Shown here: positions 12,764 to 21,762 of the stretch, one piece after another
Numbering within the stretch: position 1 is the stretch's first letter
How the letters are laid out: every line of letters begins with the position of its first letter
Assembly (NCBI GenBank): GCA_031362565.1
Contig: JANLSU010000051.1
Span: 1 to 64,000, forward strand
DNA length: 64,000 nucleotides
Source: a bacterium
GTDB taxonomy: Bacteria; Krumholzibacteriota; Krumholzibacteriia; G020349025
Direction of reading: 5' to 3'
The notes under the pieces: model-generated
Database searches by the model: none
Seen by the model: only the letters and a program-made list of their open reading frames with translations
What the model was told of the DNA's origin: nothing
Translations under genes and position numbers: made by a program

Positions 12764-13464
12764 CGTCGCAACTGCTGCACTGAAAAACGGCCGGCTTGGC
12801 GCGAACCCAGGGTTCGCAACACGCGCCGCAGGCGTGCCGTTGTGTGGCGCGATGCCGGAACTCCAGGGCCGGCGAGTAAAATGCGGTTTTCATAGTCGTC
12901 GCAATGCACCACGAAGGCGCGTTCGTACGGCGCCGCGAGCCGGGCCAACAGCGCCTCCCAGGTGAGGCCTGGCACGGGCAGCACATTTGTCGCCACGACG
13001 CCGCCGGGCGCCAACCGGTCGTGCATCAACTCGGGAAGTATGTCGACGCTGACGGCGGGCTTGATGGCGCACGTCTTACCGCGCACCGTCAAGTCTTCGA
13101 TGACGACATCCCATCGGGTTCGATGCCGCCGCAACCAAACCGCGGCATCGGCTTTGTCGATCCGGACATCTCCCGCCCACCGCGCCGCGATCTCGTGGAA
13201 GAGCGGCACCGAGTCGTGCGATAGATCCACCGCATCGATGCGTTGGGTCCAACCGGCGCCACGAATCGGTGCGATGACGCCACCGGCAGCGAACCCCAGG
13301 AGCAACACGCGCGGCCGCGGCCCATCGTCGGGCGCAAAGGCCACGACGCACGCGGCGAGCAGATCGAAGAACCCGTGCGTCGGACCCGGCGTCGCCCGCA
13401 AGTGGCTCACGAGGTCGGGACCGTCCACGAGACGGACGCCGCGGCGGGTGCGAACGATCTTCAT
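12760..13464 (-). CDS. Spermidine-synthase-like (PABS-fold) SAM-dependent methyltransferase/aminopropyltransferase
   Basis: An internal ATG gives 235 aa. The GxGxG-like motif 'VLLLGFAAGG' and an acidic D after a beta2 strand 'IDAVDLSHD' are present. The start overlaps the stop of the upstream gene (ATGA). Confidence 0.45.
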   Translation of the reverse strand: MKIVRTRRGVRLVDGPDLVSHLRATPGPTHGFFDLLAACVVAFAPDDGPRPRVLLLGFAAGGVIAPIRGAGWTQRIDAVDLSHDSVPLFHEIAARWAGDVRIDKADAAVWLRRHRTRWDVVIEDLTVRGKTCAIKPAVSVDILPELMHDRLAPGGVVATNVLPVPGLTWEALLARLAAPYERAFVVHCDDYENRILLAGPGVPASRHTTARLRRVLRTLGSRQAGRFSVQQLRR

Positions 13465-14717
13465 CAGAATCCAATTTGCAGATCGAGCGTCGCAACCGGA
13501 CTCGTCAAGCTGGGGGGACTGTTCAGCGCCCCGAAAAAGCGACAACGCTCGTAGGCATACGAGGCACCCCAACCGAACGATTGTCCCATGGAGTCGTTGG
13601 ACGACCGATCGATGCGCGGTGCGTCGAAGGACGCCCGTCCAAAGACGGTCTCGTACTCCGAACGCGAGTAGCGCGTTTGTACGTTGGCAAAGAGCATGAC
13701 GCTGCGCCAAATGTGACGGCCAACCGAAAACGCCACCGAACCGTCCTCTAGATCATGGTCGGCGCGTATGAAGCCGTTCGAATCGAAGATACCATTCGGG
13801 GATAGGTGCCGCGAGAATCGCGCTGACACCGCGATGACATCGAGGTACGTCGTAGTGATGGCAACGCTCACGGCTGCCGACCAGCCTTCCAATGCCTGGG
13901 TGATACTCGTGTCCCGCGTCGTGTTGGCGGTATAGATCTGCCCCGTCCATTCCAGTTCACCATGTTCGTACCCGGCCGAGGCGACGATGTGGGCCCGGGC
14001 GCCCAGCGGCCGGCTCACTCGTCCGGCCAGATTCCAAGCCTGGTGTGGGTACGTTTGCAGGCGCGCGCCGAGCGTATCCGACGAATTGATTTGGAGTCCG
14101 CCGGTCTCGCTGGTTCGATGTGGCACTTCGGCGTTGAGTTCGATTCGCGTCCGGCCGAGGTCCGCTCCGCATCCGACGCCACCCTCGAGATAGTCGAGGT
14201 CGGCTTCACGAAAATCGCTTCGCAACTGGCCCGGCCGCAGATCCTCGCTGCCGCTCCGAGTTCGGACCCACGTGCCGCGCAGTGCGGCTCCGAATCGAAC
14301 CGCGCCCGCACGCAGTCCAACCCCCGCCTGCATAATCTGACTCGACCCGTCGATCTCGAAACGGTCGGTGCTCGTGCCGACATACGAGGGCTGCGTGAGC
14401 GCAAAAACCGCTAGAGACGAGCCCCGTGCCAGCACGCCGAGTCCCGGGCTCGTGCCGCCCGAACCCGTCGTCGCGAACAAACCCGACCGCAGCGGCAGTC
14501 CGGTGAAATGCGGTCCCGCACTGCTTTGGCTGTCCGCCAGCGCCATCTGTGGAAACCGGTACAAAAGCTCGACCTGCTCGAGCAGCGTCGGGTCGATGCC
14601 GGTACTCTGAGAAAGCGCGGTGGCCGGGATGCTGCTGGCGCGCGCCATGGTCACGCCCAACACGCCGGCAACCATCACGACGGCAAAAACCCGAAACGCA
14701 CCAAGCAGAACATGCAC
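13464..14717 (-). CDS. Outer-membrane beta-barrel protein, unknown function
   Basis: A signal peptide 'VHVLLGAFRVFAVVMVAGVLGVTMA' follows the GTG start. The C-terminal half has alternating hydrophobic residues. The terminal residues '...LDLQIGF' end in Phe, the OMP signature. Confidence 0.45.
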   Translation of the reverse strand: MHVLLGAFRVFAVVMVAGVLGVTMARASSIPATALSQSTGIDPTLLEQVELLYRFPQMALADSQSSAGPHFTGLPLRSGLFATTGSGGTSPGLGVLARGSSLAVFALTQPSYVGTSTDRFEIDGSSQIMQAGVGLRAGAVRFGAALRGTWVRTRSGSEDLRPGQLRSDFREADLDYLEGGVGCGADLGRTRIELNAEVPHRTSETGGLQINSSDTLGARLQTYPHQAWNLAGRVSRPLGARAHIVASAGYEHGELEWTGQIYTANTTRDTSITQALEGWSAAVSVAITTTYLDVIAVSARFSRHLSPNGIFDSNGFIRADHDLEDGSVAFSVGRHIWRSVMLFANVQTRYSRSEYETVFGRASFDAPRIDRSSNDSMGQSFGWGASYAYERCRFFGALNSPPSLTSPVATLDLQIGF

Positions 14718-14846
14718 GGCGCAAGTCTCCCGTGGGCAGTGGCAAGCACAACGATGCGCAAACACCGGCAGCCGGATTGAAACGTTCAAGGGGGGAGCAT
14801 ACGGGCTTGGGTCGAAAAGTCGCAAGCCACGCGGCGTGGTAACCGA

Positions 14847-17705
14847 TCAACCGGCCGGCGCTGGATCGAGAACGACGATGCTGTCGGTAGGGAGCGCGAG
14901 ATGCGCCTGCGCCCATTCGAAGACCGCATCTTCCTGCGTGAACAGGACGATTTGACGTTCGCGCGCCATCGCCTGCAAAAGCACGAGTGCCGCCTGTTTG
15001 CGTTCGCGGTCGAATTGCACGGTGACGTCATCCAAGAACAGCGGACAGGCTTCGTCGGTCCGCACGAGGTGGCGCGCCAGCGCGGCCCGCAACAGCAAGT
15101 AGACCTGTTCCGCCGTCCCATGCGACAAGAGCGCAGCGCGCCGCCAGGTGCCGCCCGTGTCCTGCAGTTGCACGTCCATGGTCTCGGGATCGACGCGCGC
15201 GTCGACCCAGCGTCCGCCGGTGACGTTGGCGAGCCCGGCGCGCACCCGTGCCGCGAGCACTGGCGCTACGTCACGGTGCACACGTTCCTGGGCGCGGGAC
15301 AAGAACTCCTGGGTCGCGCGCAGGGTATCGTCCAACTCGGAGACGCGATGTAGTTCGTTCTCCGCCCCGCGCAATTCGTCTTCCGCGTCCGCGACCGGCA
15401 CCGTGCGTTGGGCATGCAAGGCGATTTCCGTACGCACGACCGCCAGGTCGCGCTCGGCGTCGGCCTGCGTGCGTTGCCAGATCGCGACATCATCCAAGTC
15501 GCCGTTCGGCGCGCTGAACGAATTCAGGTCGAGCCCATGAGCGACCGCGGCGGCCTTCGCCTCCGCAGCCTCGAGTTCAAATTCGAGATCGGCGCGCGTG
15601 CGGCCCGCGAGCGCCGACCGCAACTCGGCCCAGTCGCGCTCTGCCTGTTCACGCTCGGCGAAGGCGCGGCTGCGATCCTCGAGCCACTGTTGCAGCGCCC
15701 GCACGCTGGCTACCGGATCGGTGTCGGGAAGCCCGCACCGTCGCGCCACACTGCGGACGATGTCCTGGCCGGCGCGCCGCTCTTCTTCCACCCGCGCCAC
15801 TGTGGCTTCGTCGCGCAGGCGGCGCTCGAGAGCGGTTTCGAGTTCGCGGCGGCGGCCGCGGCTCTTGCAAGTTTGTTTGTAGGTCTCGACGTCCTCGAGC
15901 AAGCTCGGGCCGGGCGCCACGCCGCGGTCGCGAAGCTCGACGCGCAAGGCATCTTCACGCCGTTCGCATTCGCGCTGCAGGTCGACCTGAGCACGATCCC
16001 ACTCGCCTTTGCGGCCGCGCGAGTCTTCCCACCGCGCGCGCTCGGTTGCCAAACGCCGCAGCGCCGCCGCCTCGGGAACGAGCCCCAAATCCAAAGCGCA
16101 TTCGCGCGCCGCTTCTTCCGCTGCACTCCACCGGTCCAAACGGCGACGGGCGCCAGCCATCTGCGCATGCACGTGATCCAATTCCTCGAGCCACGCCCGG
16201 CGCGCGCCACCGGTGCTCAACCCCAAACCGAGCGACACGAGCGCTGCCGCTGTTGCCCCCGCCGCACCCCACAACCATGGGGTGCGCCCGTTGGCCGCGA
16301 ACACCGCGGCGCAGCCGATGACGACCACCGTGAATGCAAGGGCGAAGCGCACCGCGAGTGCGGTGCGTGGATTGCCGGCGTGGATGCGCTCCGAAAGTTC
16401 CGCTTCGCGCATCTCGAGGGCGGTGTCGGCAACCGGCTGCGGGATTTCGAGTTGCTGCGCAAGGTTTTGCAACTCGGCAAGCGACGCGCGGCCGCCGGGT
16501 GGCGCGTTCGTGGCATCGGGCCGGTGCGCCGCGTGGGCGCGAAATGCCCCGAGTGCCGCTTCGTAGTGCGTCGCCGCCGCCAGCACTTCCGGCGCCGCCT
16601 CCTGATCCCCCGGCCATTCGGGCGCGGGCCGCGGCACCGGTCGCGGTGTGGCTGCCGTTGCAACCGCAGCGTGCGGCACGAGGCCGCGCTCTGGAGCGAC
16701 GGGGTCGGCACCGCGCGGCGAACGCGGCAGTGTCGCCGCGATCTCGCGCCGCAGGTCTTCGGCCGTGGGCCCGTCGAGCGACAGTGCTGCCGGGCGTGCG
16801 GCCCATCCGTGCACCGCCGTCACCGCGTCGCGCGCCAACGCTTCGTCGGCCACGAGGCCCCGCGGCGCACCGCCAGGAAAGCGCCGCTCGAGTTCGCGGA
16901 CGTGCTGCAATTCGCGGTGGCGCAATTCGACTTCGTTTGCGGCCTGGCGCGCTGCCGCAACGCGCACCGCCGTGCCCGCATGCCGAACGCGTGCGGCGCT
17001 GTCTTCTTCGCGCGCCATCAAGCGCAAATACGCTTCGTGCTCGGCGCGCGCACTGTCGTAGACGGAGCGTGCCGTTTCCAAGCGCACCTGTGCTTCGCGG
17101 AAGGGACGCGCGCCGTGCGACGCGCTCCGGCTGCCGACATGCGCGGCGAGAAAAGTGCCGATGCGGGTGATTGCTGCGGCCGCCGTGGCATCGGCACCGG
17201 CGGTTGCGACGGCGCGCTGCACGAACTCGCGCAGCGCCTCGGCGTCACGGCGCAACGCCAACAGATCCGCCTGGCGCACACTGGCGACCGCCAGGAATGC
17301 GCGCCGGTCGATGCCGAGCCAGCGCGTCGCATCGGGCGTCCAATCCGCCGCTTGGATTTCGGTCGAAATGTCACGGCCCAGATCGGCGTCGAAGGCGCGG
17401 CTGTCACTCTTCTCATTCAGATCTTGGACGAGTTCGACGCGGCGGCCCGTTTCGAGGCGCACGAGAACTCGCACCTTCCACGTTTCGCCGCCGGACCAGG
17501 GGCGATAACGTTCCTCGAACAACTGCTCGTCGCGCGTCTTGCCGCGCGCCCGGCGCACGCCGCACAACGCGGTCGTGAGCGCCGCGTGCAACGAACTCTT
17601 GCCGGCCTCGTTGGGGCCATAGATGACGGTCAGGCCGGGCGCGAGTTCGATGCGGCGGTCGCGGAAGGGTCCGAAAGCGACCAGATCGAGGCGTTCGACG
17701 CGCAC
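14847..17705 (-). CDS. YhaN/SbcC-like SMC-family AAA ATPase with internal transmembrane segment
   Basis: The N-terminal Walker A is 'IYGPNEAGKSSL'. Long Ala/Arg/Glu-rich coiled coils are present. An internal hydrophobic pair reads 'LAFTVVVIGCAAVFA...WLWGAAGATAAALVSLGLGL'. The C-terminal signature and D-loop 'LFLDDVTVQFD' is present. The GTG start has GGAGG at a 9-nt spacing. Confidence 0.65.
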   Translation of the reverse strand: MRVERLDLVAFGPFRDRRIELAPGLTVIYGPNEAGKSSLHAALTTALCGVRRARGKTRDEQLFEERYRPWSGGETWKVRVLVRLETGRRVELVQDLNEKSDSRAFDADLGRDISTEIQAADWTPDATRWLGIDRRAFLAVASVRQADLLALRRDAEALREFVQRAVATAGADATAAAAITRIGTFLAAHVGSRSASHGARPFREAQVRLETARSVYDSARAEHEAYLRLMAREEDSAARVRHAGTAVRVAAARQAANEVELRHRELQHVRELERRFPGGAPRGLVADEALARDAVTAVHGWAARPAALSLDGPTAEDLRREIAATLPRSPRGADPVAPERGLVPHAAVATAATPRPVPRPAPEWPGDQEAAPEVLAAATHYEAALGAFRAHAAHRPDATNAPPGGRASLAELQNLAQQLEIPQPVADTALEMREAELSERIHAGNPRTALAVRFALAFTVVVIGCAAVFAANGRTPWLWGAAGATAAALVSLGLGLSTGGARRAWLEELDHVHAQMAGARRRLDRWSAAEEAARECALDLGLVPEAAALRRLATERARWEDSRGRKGEWDRAQVDLQRECERREDALRVELRDRGVAPGPSLLEDVETYKQTCKSRGRRRELETALERRLRDEATVARVEEERRAGQDIVRSVARRCGLPDTDPVASVRALQQWLEDRSRAFAEREQAERDWAELRSALAGRTRADLEFELEAAEAKAAAVAHGLDLNSFSAPNGDLDDVAIWQRTQADAERDLAVVRTEIALHAQRTVPVADAEDELRGAENELHRVSELDDTLRATQEFLSRAQERVHRDVAPVLAARVRAGLANVTGGRWVDARVDPETMDVQLQDTGGTWRRAALLSHGTAEQVYLLLRAALARHLVRTDEACPLFLDDVTVQFDRERKQAALVLLQAMARERQIVLFTQEDAVFEWAQAHLALPTDSIVVLDPAPAG

Positions 17706-17706
17706 G

Positions 17707-18807
17707 TCACAACACCTCCAAGTCGTCGCGCCCATCGAGCGCCCGCATCCCAGTCACCAGAATGCGTTGCCGGCGCGTCGGCTCCAACTCGGCCGCGAGC
17801 ACGTCGCGCACGAATTGGCCACGCACTGTCGGCTCGACGGCGACGGCCTCGAAGTTGTATCCCGGCCGCAGGCGCGCCGCGCGCACCACGACCGCGTCCA
17901 GTTGCTTCGTCACCGCATCCAGATCGGCCGGCACGAAGTCGACTTGCGGCGCCAGTTCTCCCTGCAGCGTGATGCGGGCGATGCCACCGCGGCCGACGAG
18001 CGAGGCGGCGACCCGGCCGCACACCTCTTGGCGGTTGGTGCAACCCGTCACATCGACTTCGACATCGTGAACGACGGACGCCGCGACCGCTTTCTGCTCG
18101 CGCATGACCGTGCCGTCGGGCCGTATGTGCGCGATGACGGCGCCACGAGTGCCGGTCTCACCGAATGCCAATGGATCGGGGTTGCCGGGATAGGTGTGTT
18201 GCGGTGCAAGCCGCGGCAGGTGGTAGTGCCCAAGAAACGCGTGATCGATGCCGGCGTTGCGAATGTCTTCCGCCGCAAACGGCGCGTGCGGCACCTTGGT
18301 GTCGCCCTGGTCGCGGAGCGACGAACGCTCCGAGCCGTGAAAGAGCGCCAGGTGGGCACCGGCCCGGTCGACGACGAAGCCGTCCAGGAAACCCGGCGTA
18401 CCGGCCGGCCGCACATGCGCCGCGCCCCAGAGCGTGAGCCCGCCGGTCAGCTCGACCGGCATCAGGCGTGGTTCGGTAAAGATATGGACATTGTCGGACC
18501 AGGCGACGCGGCGGTACAGGCTTTCGGCGCCGTACCAGTCATGGTTGCCGGGCGCGACGAAGACTCGGATCGGATGCAGTTGGGCGAAGGCGGCGCGCAG
18601 AAAAGCGGCCGTGTCGGGCGAGAAGCGGTCGTGCTCGTACAGATCGCCGCCGCAGAACACCGCATCGACGCGTTCGGCCTGCGCCAACGCGATCAGGCGC
18701 GCCAGGGTATGCCGCAACGCCTCACGGCGGGCGCGAGCGGTGCGGGCGCTGCCCAGCGACGCGAACCCGGTGTCCAAATGCAAATCGGCAAAATGCAGAA
18801 GCTTCAA
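17707..18807 (-). CDS. SbcD/YhaO-like metallophosphoesterase nuclease
   Basis: MPP motifs 'LKLLHFADLHLD', 'GGDLYEHDR' and 'VAPGNHD' are present. The TTG start is preceded by GGGAGGA at an 8-nt spacing. The listed ORF has a long Arg-rich N-terminal extension, which was discarded. Confidence 0.65.
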   Translation of the reverse strand: MKLLHFADLHLDTGFASLGSARTARARREALRHTLARLIALAQAERVDAVFCGGDLYEHDRFSPDTAAFLRAAFAQLHPIRVFVAPGNHDWYGAESLYRRVAWSDNVHIFTEPRLMPVELTGGLTLWGAAHVRPAGTPGFLDGFVVDRAGAHLALFHGSERSSLRDQGDTKVPHAPFAAEDIRNAGIDHAFLGHYHLPRLAPQHTYPGNPDPLAFGETGTRGAVIAHIRPDGTVMREQKAVAASVVHDVEVDVTGCTNRQEVCGRVAASLVGRGGIARITLQGELAPQVDFVPADLDAVTKQLDAVVVRAARLRPGYNFEAVAVEPTVRGQFVRDVLAAELEPTRRQRILVTGMRALDGRDDLEVL

Positions 18808-19271
18808 GCGCCCTATCCTCCCCACCCGCGCCGCCGCCGCCTCGGGGAAGGCCGGCGCGCCGCAGCGCCACAGTACCGAGGACGCGCGCGGAAAGGAACC
18901 CCTGGTTTGAGGCCTGGCTCGGGGCGCAGTCGGCCCGGCCATTTCGCGGTTTTGCCTCATAGGGGGCAAGCGCTCACGCGGTAGAAGGTCGAGACTCACG
19001 GTCTCGCCGCTGGTTCCGAATCGCGATCGACGCGTGCAATGGGGATTTTCACCCAGCAGAAAGCGCTTTCGCGCCTCACTGCCGTCGATGCAGGTTGTCG
19101 GAACCGCACTCGATCGCGTACCTTTTTGACTCCCCAGCGAGCGATCTGGAAGTAAACGCTTGTCCGCAACGGTCGACACGATCGCCGGCGTAACTCTGCA
19201 CGCCGGCCGTTCGGCTTTTGCGGAAATCTGTTTTCTGGGATCGAAGAGGATCTTTTTTTCGGAGGCTTGGA

Positions 19272-19997
19272 ATGAAGCGACGGTTTTCGATGCATGTGGC
19301 CGCTGCGTTCGCAGTCGTGGCACTGGGAGCGGCAGCGGGTTGGGCGGCAGACGAAGACATGGAGACGCCGGACGGACCGCAGATCGAGACGACCTGCGAC
19401 GTGTCCGGCTACAAGACGGAATCGATCAAGTATGACCCCGCAGTTGCCATCCCGGACGGCGACACGGGCGGCGTCAAACTGGGTCCACTGCAATTCGCAG
19501 ATGACGGCAAGCGGATCTCCGACACGGTGCTGGAGATTATCGCCAGCCACACCAAGATCGGTGATCTCACGGTTGAACTCGGCTACGACCTGACCTGCAA
19601 CGGCTCGATCGACTACAAGTCGCGCGTCGTGTGCCGCCCGCGTGGGACACAAACCACGACTCCCGCACCGTGCGGCACCGGCACCGGTGGCGGTTGTACG
19701 GGCGACCTGAGCTGCGGCCGCATGTACTCGTTCCGGGACGCCGGCGCCAGCGAGTTGGCGGTCGGAGCGTGCGCTGCGACGCTCGCGACCGGCTGCTACA
19801 AGCCACCGACGACGGGCGGCACGCCGTTGTCCGTCTTCAAGGACCTTCCCAAGGGCGGCTGCTGGTATCTGACGATCGTCGACCACGTGACCCCCAACAA
19901 GGGCTCCGTGTGTGAATGGTCCGTGCATCTTTTGAACCATGTTGCAGTCGGCGTCGAGGCCGCGACATGGGCCAAGTACAAGGTGCTGTACCGGTAG
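19272..19997 (+). CDS. Secreted protein with proprotein-convertase P-domain-like fold and conserved 'LYR' C-terminal tail
   Basis: An RBS GGAGG lies 7 nt before the ATG. The signal peptide is 'MKRRFSMHVAAAFAVVALGAAAGWAAD'. The stretch 'IGDLTVELGYDLTCNG...GGCWYLTIVDHVTPNKGSVCEWSVHL' resembles a P-domain (PF01483-like). The C-terminus is 'VGVEAATWAKYKVLYR'. Confidence 0.55.
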   Translation: MKRRFSMHVAAAFAVVALGAAAGWAADEDMETPDGPQIETTCDVSGYKTESIKYDPAVAIPDGDTGGVKLGPLQFADDGKRISDTVLEIIASHTKIGDLTVELGYDLTCNGSIDYKSRVVCRPRGTQTTTPAPCGTGTGGGCTGDLSCGRMYSFRDAGASELAVGACAATLATGCYKPPTTGGTPLSVFKDLPKGGCWYLTIVDHVTPNKGSVCEWSVHLLNHVAVGVEAATWAKYKVLYR

Positions 19998-20084
19998 ATC
20001 CGCAACGGTAGGTGCGGACGGCGGCGCCCCTGACGCCGCCGTCCGCTTTCTGTTTCCCACCCGGCAGCGGCAGCGGCGCGAGTC

Positions 20085-21635
20085 TCACCGCGTCCGCAGC
20101 CACAGGATCTGTCCGCCTTGCACGGTTTCGTCGCTCGGCGCGATGCGCAGGCTGTGCGCTTGCACGTCGCAAAGCCAGCTCCCGCGTCCCAAGATGGCTT
20201 CGGCGTCAACGATGCCGCTCGACTCCCACAGACCGGGGCGGTTGTCCTTCGCTTCGTCGCGATTCGCAGGGTCGGCGGCGAGCGCGTGGCGCACGGCAGG
20301 CGTGCGGTTGATTTCGGCGACGCGGCGCAGTTTGCGGTGGGTGATGTCGTAGATCCAGATCGATGCGTCGCGCTGGAGCCCGAGGGCGCGCAGATCGTGC
20401 CCCGGGTCTTCCTGGATCGCCAACTCACCGTGCCGGTTCACCTCGACATTGTCGGGGGCCACGAAACCGTCGCTACCATCCAGCAACAGCGTCAGCATGC
20501 CGCCGGCCATCGGATCCGTCGGGCTGAAATGCAGCCGGTAGATGCGGCCGCGTTCGTTGCAGCCCGGCGGCTCGTTGGCGCTGGGCAGTTTGCCGGTCGT
20601 CGCGAAGTAAAGATTGCCCGGCGCCACCGGATCGCAGGCACCGTCCTCGATCCGCACGAAGCCGAAGGCCGCCGCGGCCTTTGCGGCAGCATCGAGTTCC
20701 AAATCCGTGCCGTCCCAGGGCACCGGCACCCAGTGCACGGGCAGCGAGTTGCCGCGCGCGTGGAAGGTCGCTTCCGAAGCGCGTCCGGCGTCATCGGATG
20801 CGAGTGCGAAGAGTGTGCCGCCCCGCAAACCGTTCGCGGTCAGCGGATCCGCGTCGCCGGGCTGTTTGGTACCCAAGTGCATGTAGAGTTGTGAGTGCAG
20901 GCCGTCACCATCGCTCGGCCCATCTTCGAGACCGAAGGTCACGGTCTGGGCGCCCGTGAATGGCGCCACGACAACATTCTCCCACTCCCCGCGGCCCATG
21001 CGTGGCACCGCGTATGCGCGCCCGTCGACGAGCGCCCACGCTTCGCCGCCGCGGCCGTCGAAATTGTTCTTGCCGGCCGATTCCTCGCCATTCAGGAAGA
21101 TGCGCCGGTCGAACCCGACGCGTTCATCGGCGAGAAACGCCGAACACAGTTTGGCGATCCCGCCGGTCACCGGATCGACACGCACCGGTGGCTCTCCGAC
21201 ATACACGCTCTCGATGGCCCACCGTCCGGAGACGACGCGTGGGCGCGCGCCGGATCCGATCGCGATGCGGAGTTCGGTCACCCGCGCGCCCGCCGGGAGC
21301 GGTCCGGCGGCATGGCCCGCGTCCTTCGCCCATTCGTGGTTCACCAAGAGAATCGCCGTGTCGGGCCATGCCGCGTACAAACCCAGACCATCCGGCACAC
21401 CCAAGAAGCGAAATGTCCGGCTTGGGGCGCCGGTCTGCGGCAGCGTCTGTCCGACGGTGACGAGGGCTCGAATACGGGCGCGCGACTGGACCGGTTTCAA
21501 GTAGGCCGGTGCATTGGCGTACGGATCCCGAGCCGGCGCCGCGGCGCCCGCGATGGCCGGCGTGCCCGCACAGGCGGCACCGAACAACAGCCATGCAAGA
21601 GCATGCGGCGGAACTCGTCTCACGTGTCGTCGCAA
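20085..21635 (-). CDS. Secreted PhoX/DUF839-like beta-propeller protein (putative phosphatase)
   Basis: A signal peptide 'RRVPPHALAWLLFGAACAGTPAIAGAAA' is present. The 'LVNHE' motif and Gly/Asp-rich propeller repeats are present. The start is uncertain: a TTG with GGGGGGA upstream was chosen. Confidence 0.4.
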   Translation of the reverse strand: MRRHVRRVPPHALAWLLFGAACAGTPAIAGAAAPARDPYANAPAYLKPVQSRARIRALVTVGQTLPQTGAPSRTFRFLGVPDGLGLYAAWPDTAILLVNHEWAKDAGHAAGPLPAGARVTELRIAIGSGARPRVVSGRWAIESVYVGEPPVRVDPVTGGIAKLCSAFLADERVGFDRRIFLNGEESAGKNNFDGRGGEAWALVDGRAYAVPRMGRGEWENVVVAPFTGAQTVTFGLEDGPSDGDGLHSQLYMHLGTKQPGDADPLTANGLRGGTLFALASDDAGRASEATFHARGNSLPVHWVPVPWDGTDLELDAAAKAAAAFGFVRIEDGACDPVAPGNLYFATTGKLPSANEPPGCNERGRIYRLHFSPTDPMAGGMLTLLLDGSDGFVAPDNVEVNRHGELAIQEDPGHDLRALGLQRDASIWIYDITHRKLRRVAEINRTPAVRHALAADPANRDEAKDNRPGLWESSGIVDAEAILGRGSWLCDVQAHSLRIAPSDETVQGGQILWLRTR

Positions 21636-21762
21636 ACGTATCCCCCCGGTGATGGGAGTGGAGCCTCGTTCCGGCGGCGGCAAACGGCGCCCATGCTATC
21701 AGAGTGTCTTCACACCTGGAATGCGTAGCGCCGGCCCGAAACGGGCGCTATAGTGCGCCACC

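Noticed and set aside
15408-17972. 854-aa plus-strand ORF
   Set aside because: Antisense to the YhaN-like ATPase gene. Ala/Arg-rich with no motifs.
17623-18984. 453-aa plus-strand ORF
   Set aside because: Antisense to the SbcD-like gene.
18808-19271. Possible tRNA-like element ('GGTTCCGAATC' resembling a T-arm) in the 464-nt divergent intergenic region
   Set aside because: The loop would be 8 nt rather than 7. No acceptor or D-arm pairing could be built around it. It is more likely a divergent promoter region for the SbcD-like and P-domain genes.
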